Shown here: positions 63,918 to 64,000 of the stretch, piece after piece | Position numbering within the stretch: position 1 is the stretch's first letter | Layout: every line of letters begins with the position of its first letter | NCBI GenBank assembly: GCA_025201805.1 | Contig: MU619262.1 | Coordinates: forward strand, 225,068-289,067 | Reading direction: 5' to 3' | DNA length: 64,000 nt | From: Parasitella parasitica NRRL 2501 | Lineage: Eukaryota > Fungi > Mucoromycota | The notes under the pieces: model-generated | The model's database searches: none | Told to the model about the DNA's origin: nothing | Seen by the model: the letters and a program-made list of their open reading frames with translations, nothing else | Program-made: the position numbers and the translations under genes

Positions 63918-64000
63918 GAGTTATCTAAAAAAAGTATGCTGGGAAACTCGCCTGGGAAACCAGCTTGGAGGTCTCCCATTTAAAATAATTGAAATTCAGA
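63918..64000. mobile_element. Putative DNA-transposon/MITE terminus inserted at TAA/TTA within the SNF5 exon
   Basis: Snf5 similarity stops abruptly after TTA (63915-63917); what follows is GAGTTATCTAAAAAAAG and two CTGGGAAAC direct repeats; the other end is not visible. Confidence 0.4.

Overview
Gene-dense eukaryotic fungal DNA: AT-rich, with ~55-60 nt GT-AG introns and long poly(A/T) tracts. The gene content points to a Mucorales fungus, probably Rhizopus-like (inference). About 28 intact intron-containing or single-exon genes can be reconstructed: eIF4E, RPS7, Ras, ARP3, sestrin, NMNAT, MMS2, PSF1, NDUFA11, SF3B1, PRS5-type PRPP synthetase, a HAD phosphatase, a kelch membrane protein, MET2, SER3, a Mid2-like sensor, an APE1-type AP endonuclease, an HGT1-like sugar porter, NDUFS2, GLN4, a CYP509-like P450, the 3' part of SNF5, and several hypothetical proteins. 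Signals beyond routine annotation: (1) a decayed PRAS40/Lobe-like pseudogene and an intact sestrin, both animal-type TORC1 regulators, near eIF4E, RPS7 (TOP-like leader) and Ras; (2) an SNF5 exon apparently interrupted by a transposon-like end at the window edge; (3) an internally deleted L1-like LINE relic; (4) three CGG-N8-CCG sites in the P450 promoter; (5) a 262-bp shared MET2/SER3 promoter; (6) a possible mitochondrial presequence isoform of APE1; (7) a GC-AG intron; (8) a cryptic 3-exon gene missed by the ORF track. No rRNA, tRNA or CRISPR features were seen. Exon models were built by eye and family calls come from recalled motifs, not database searches.
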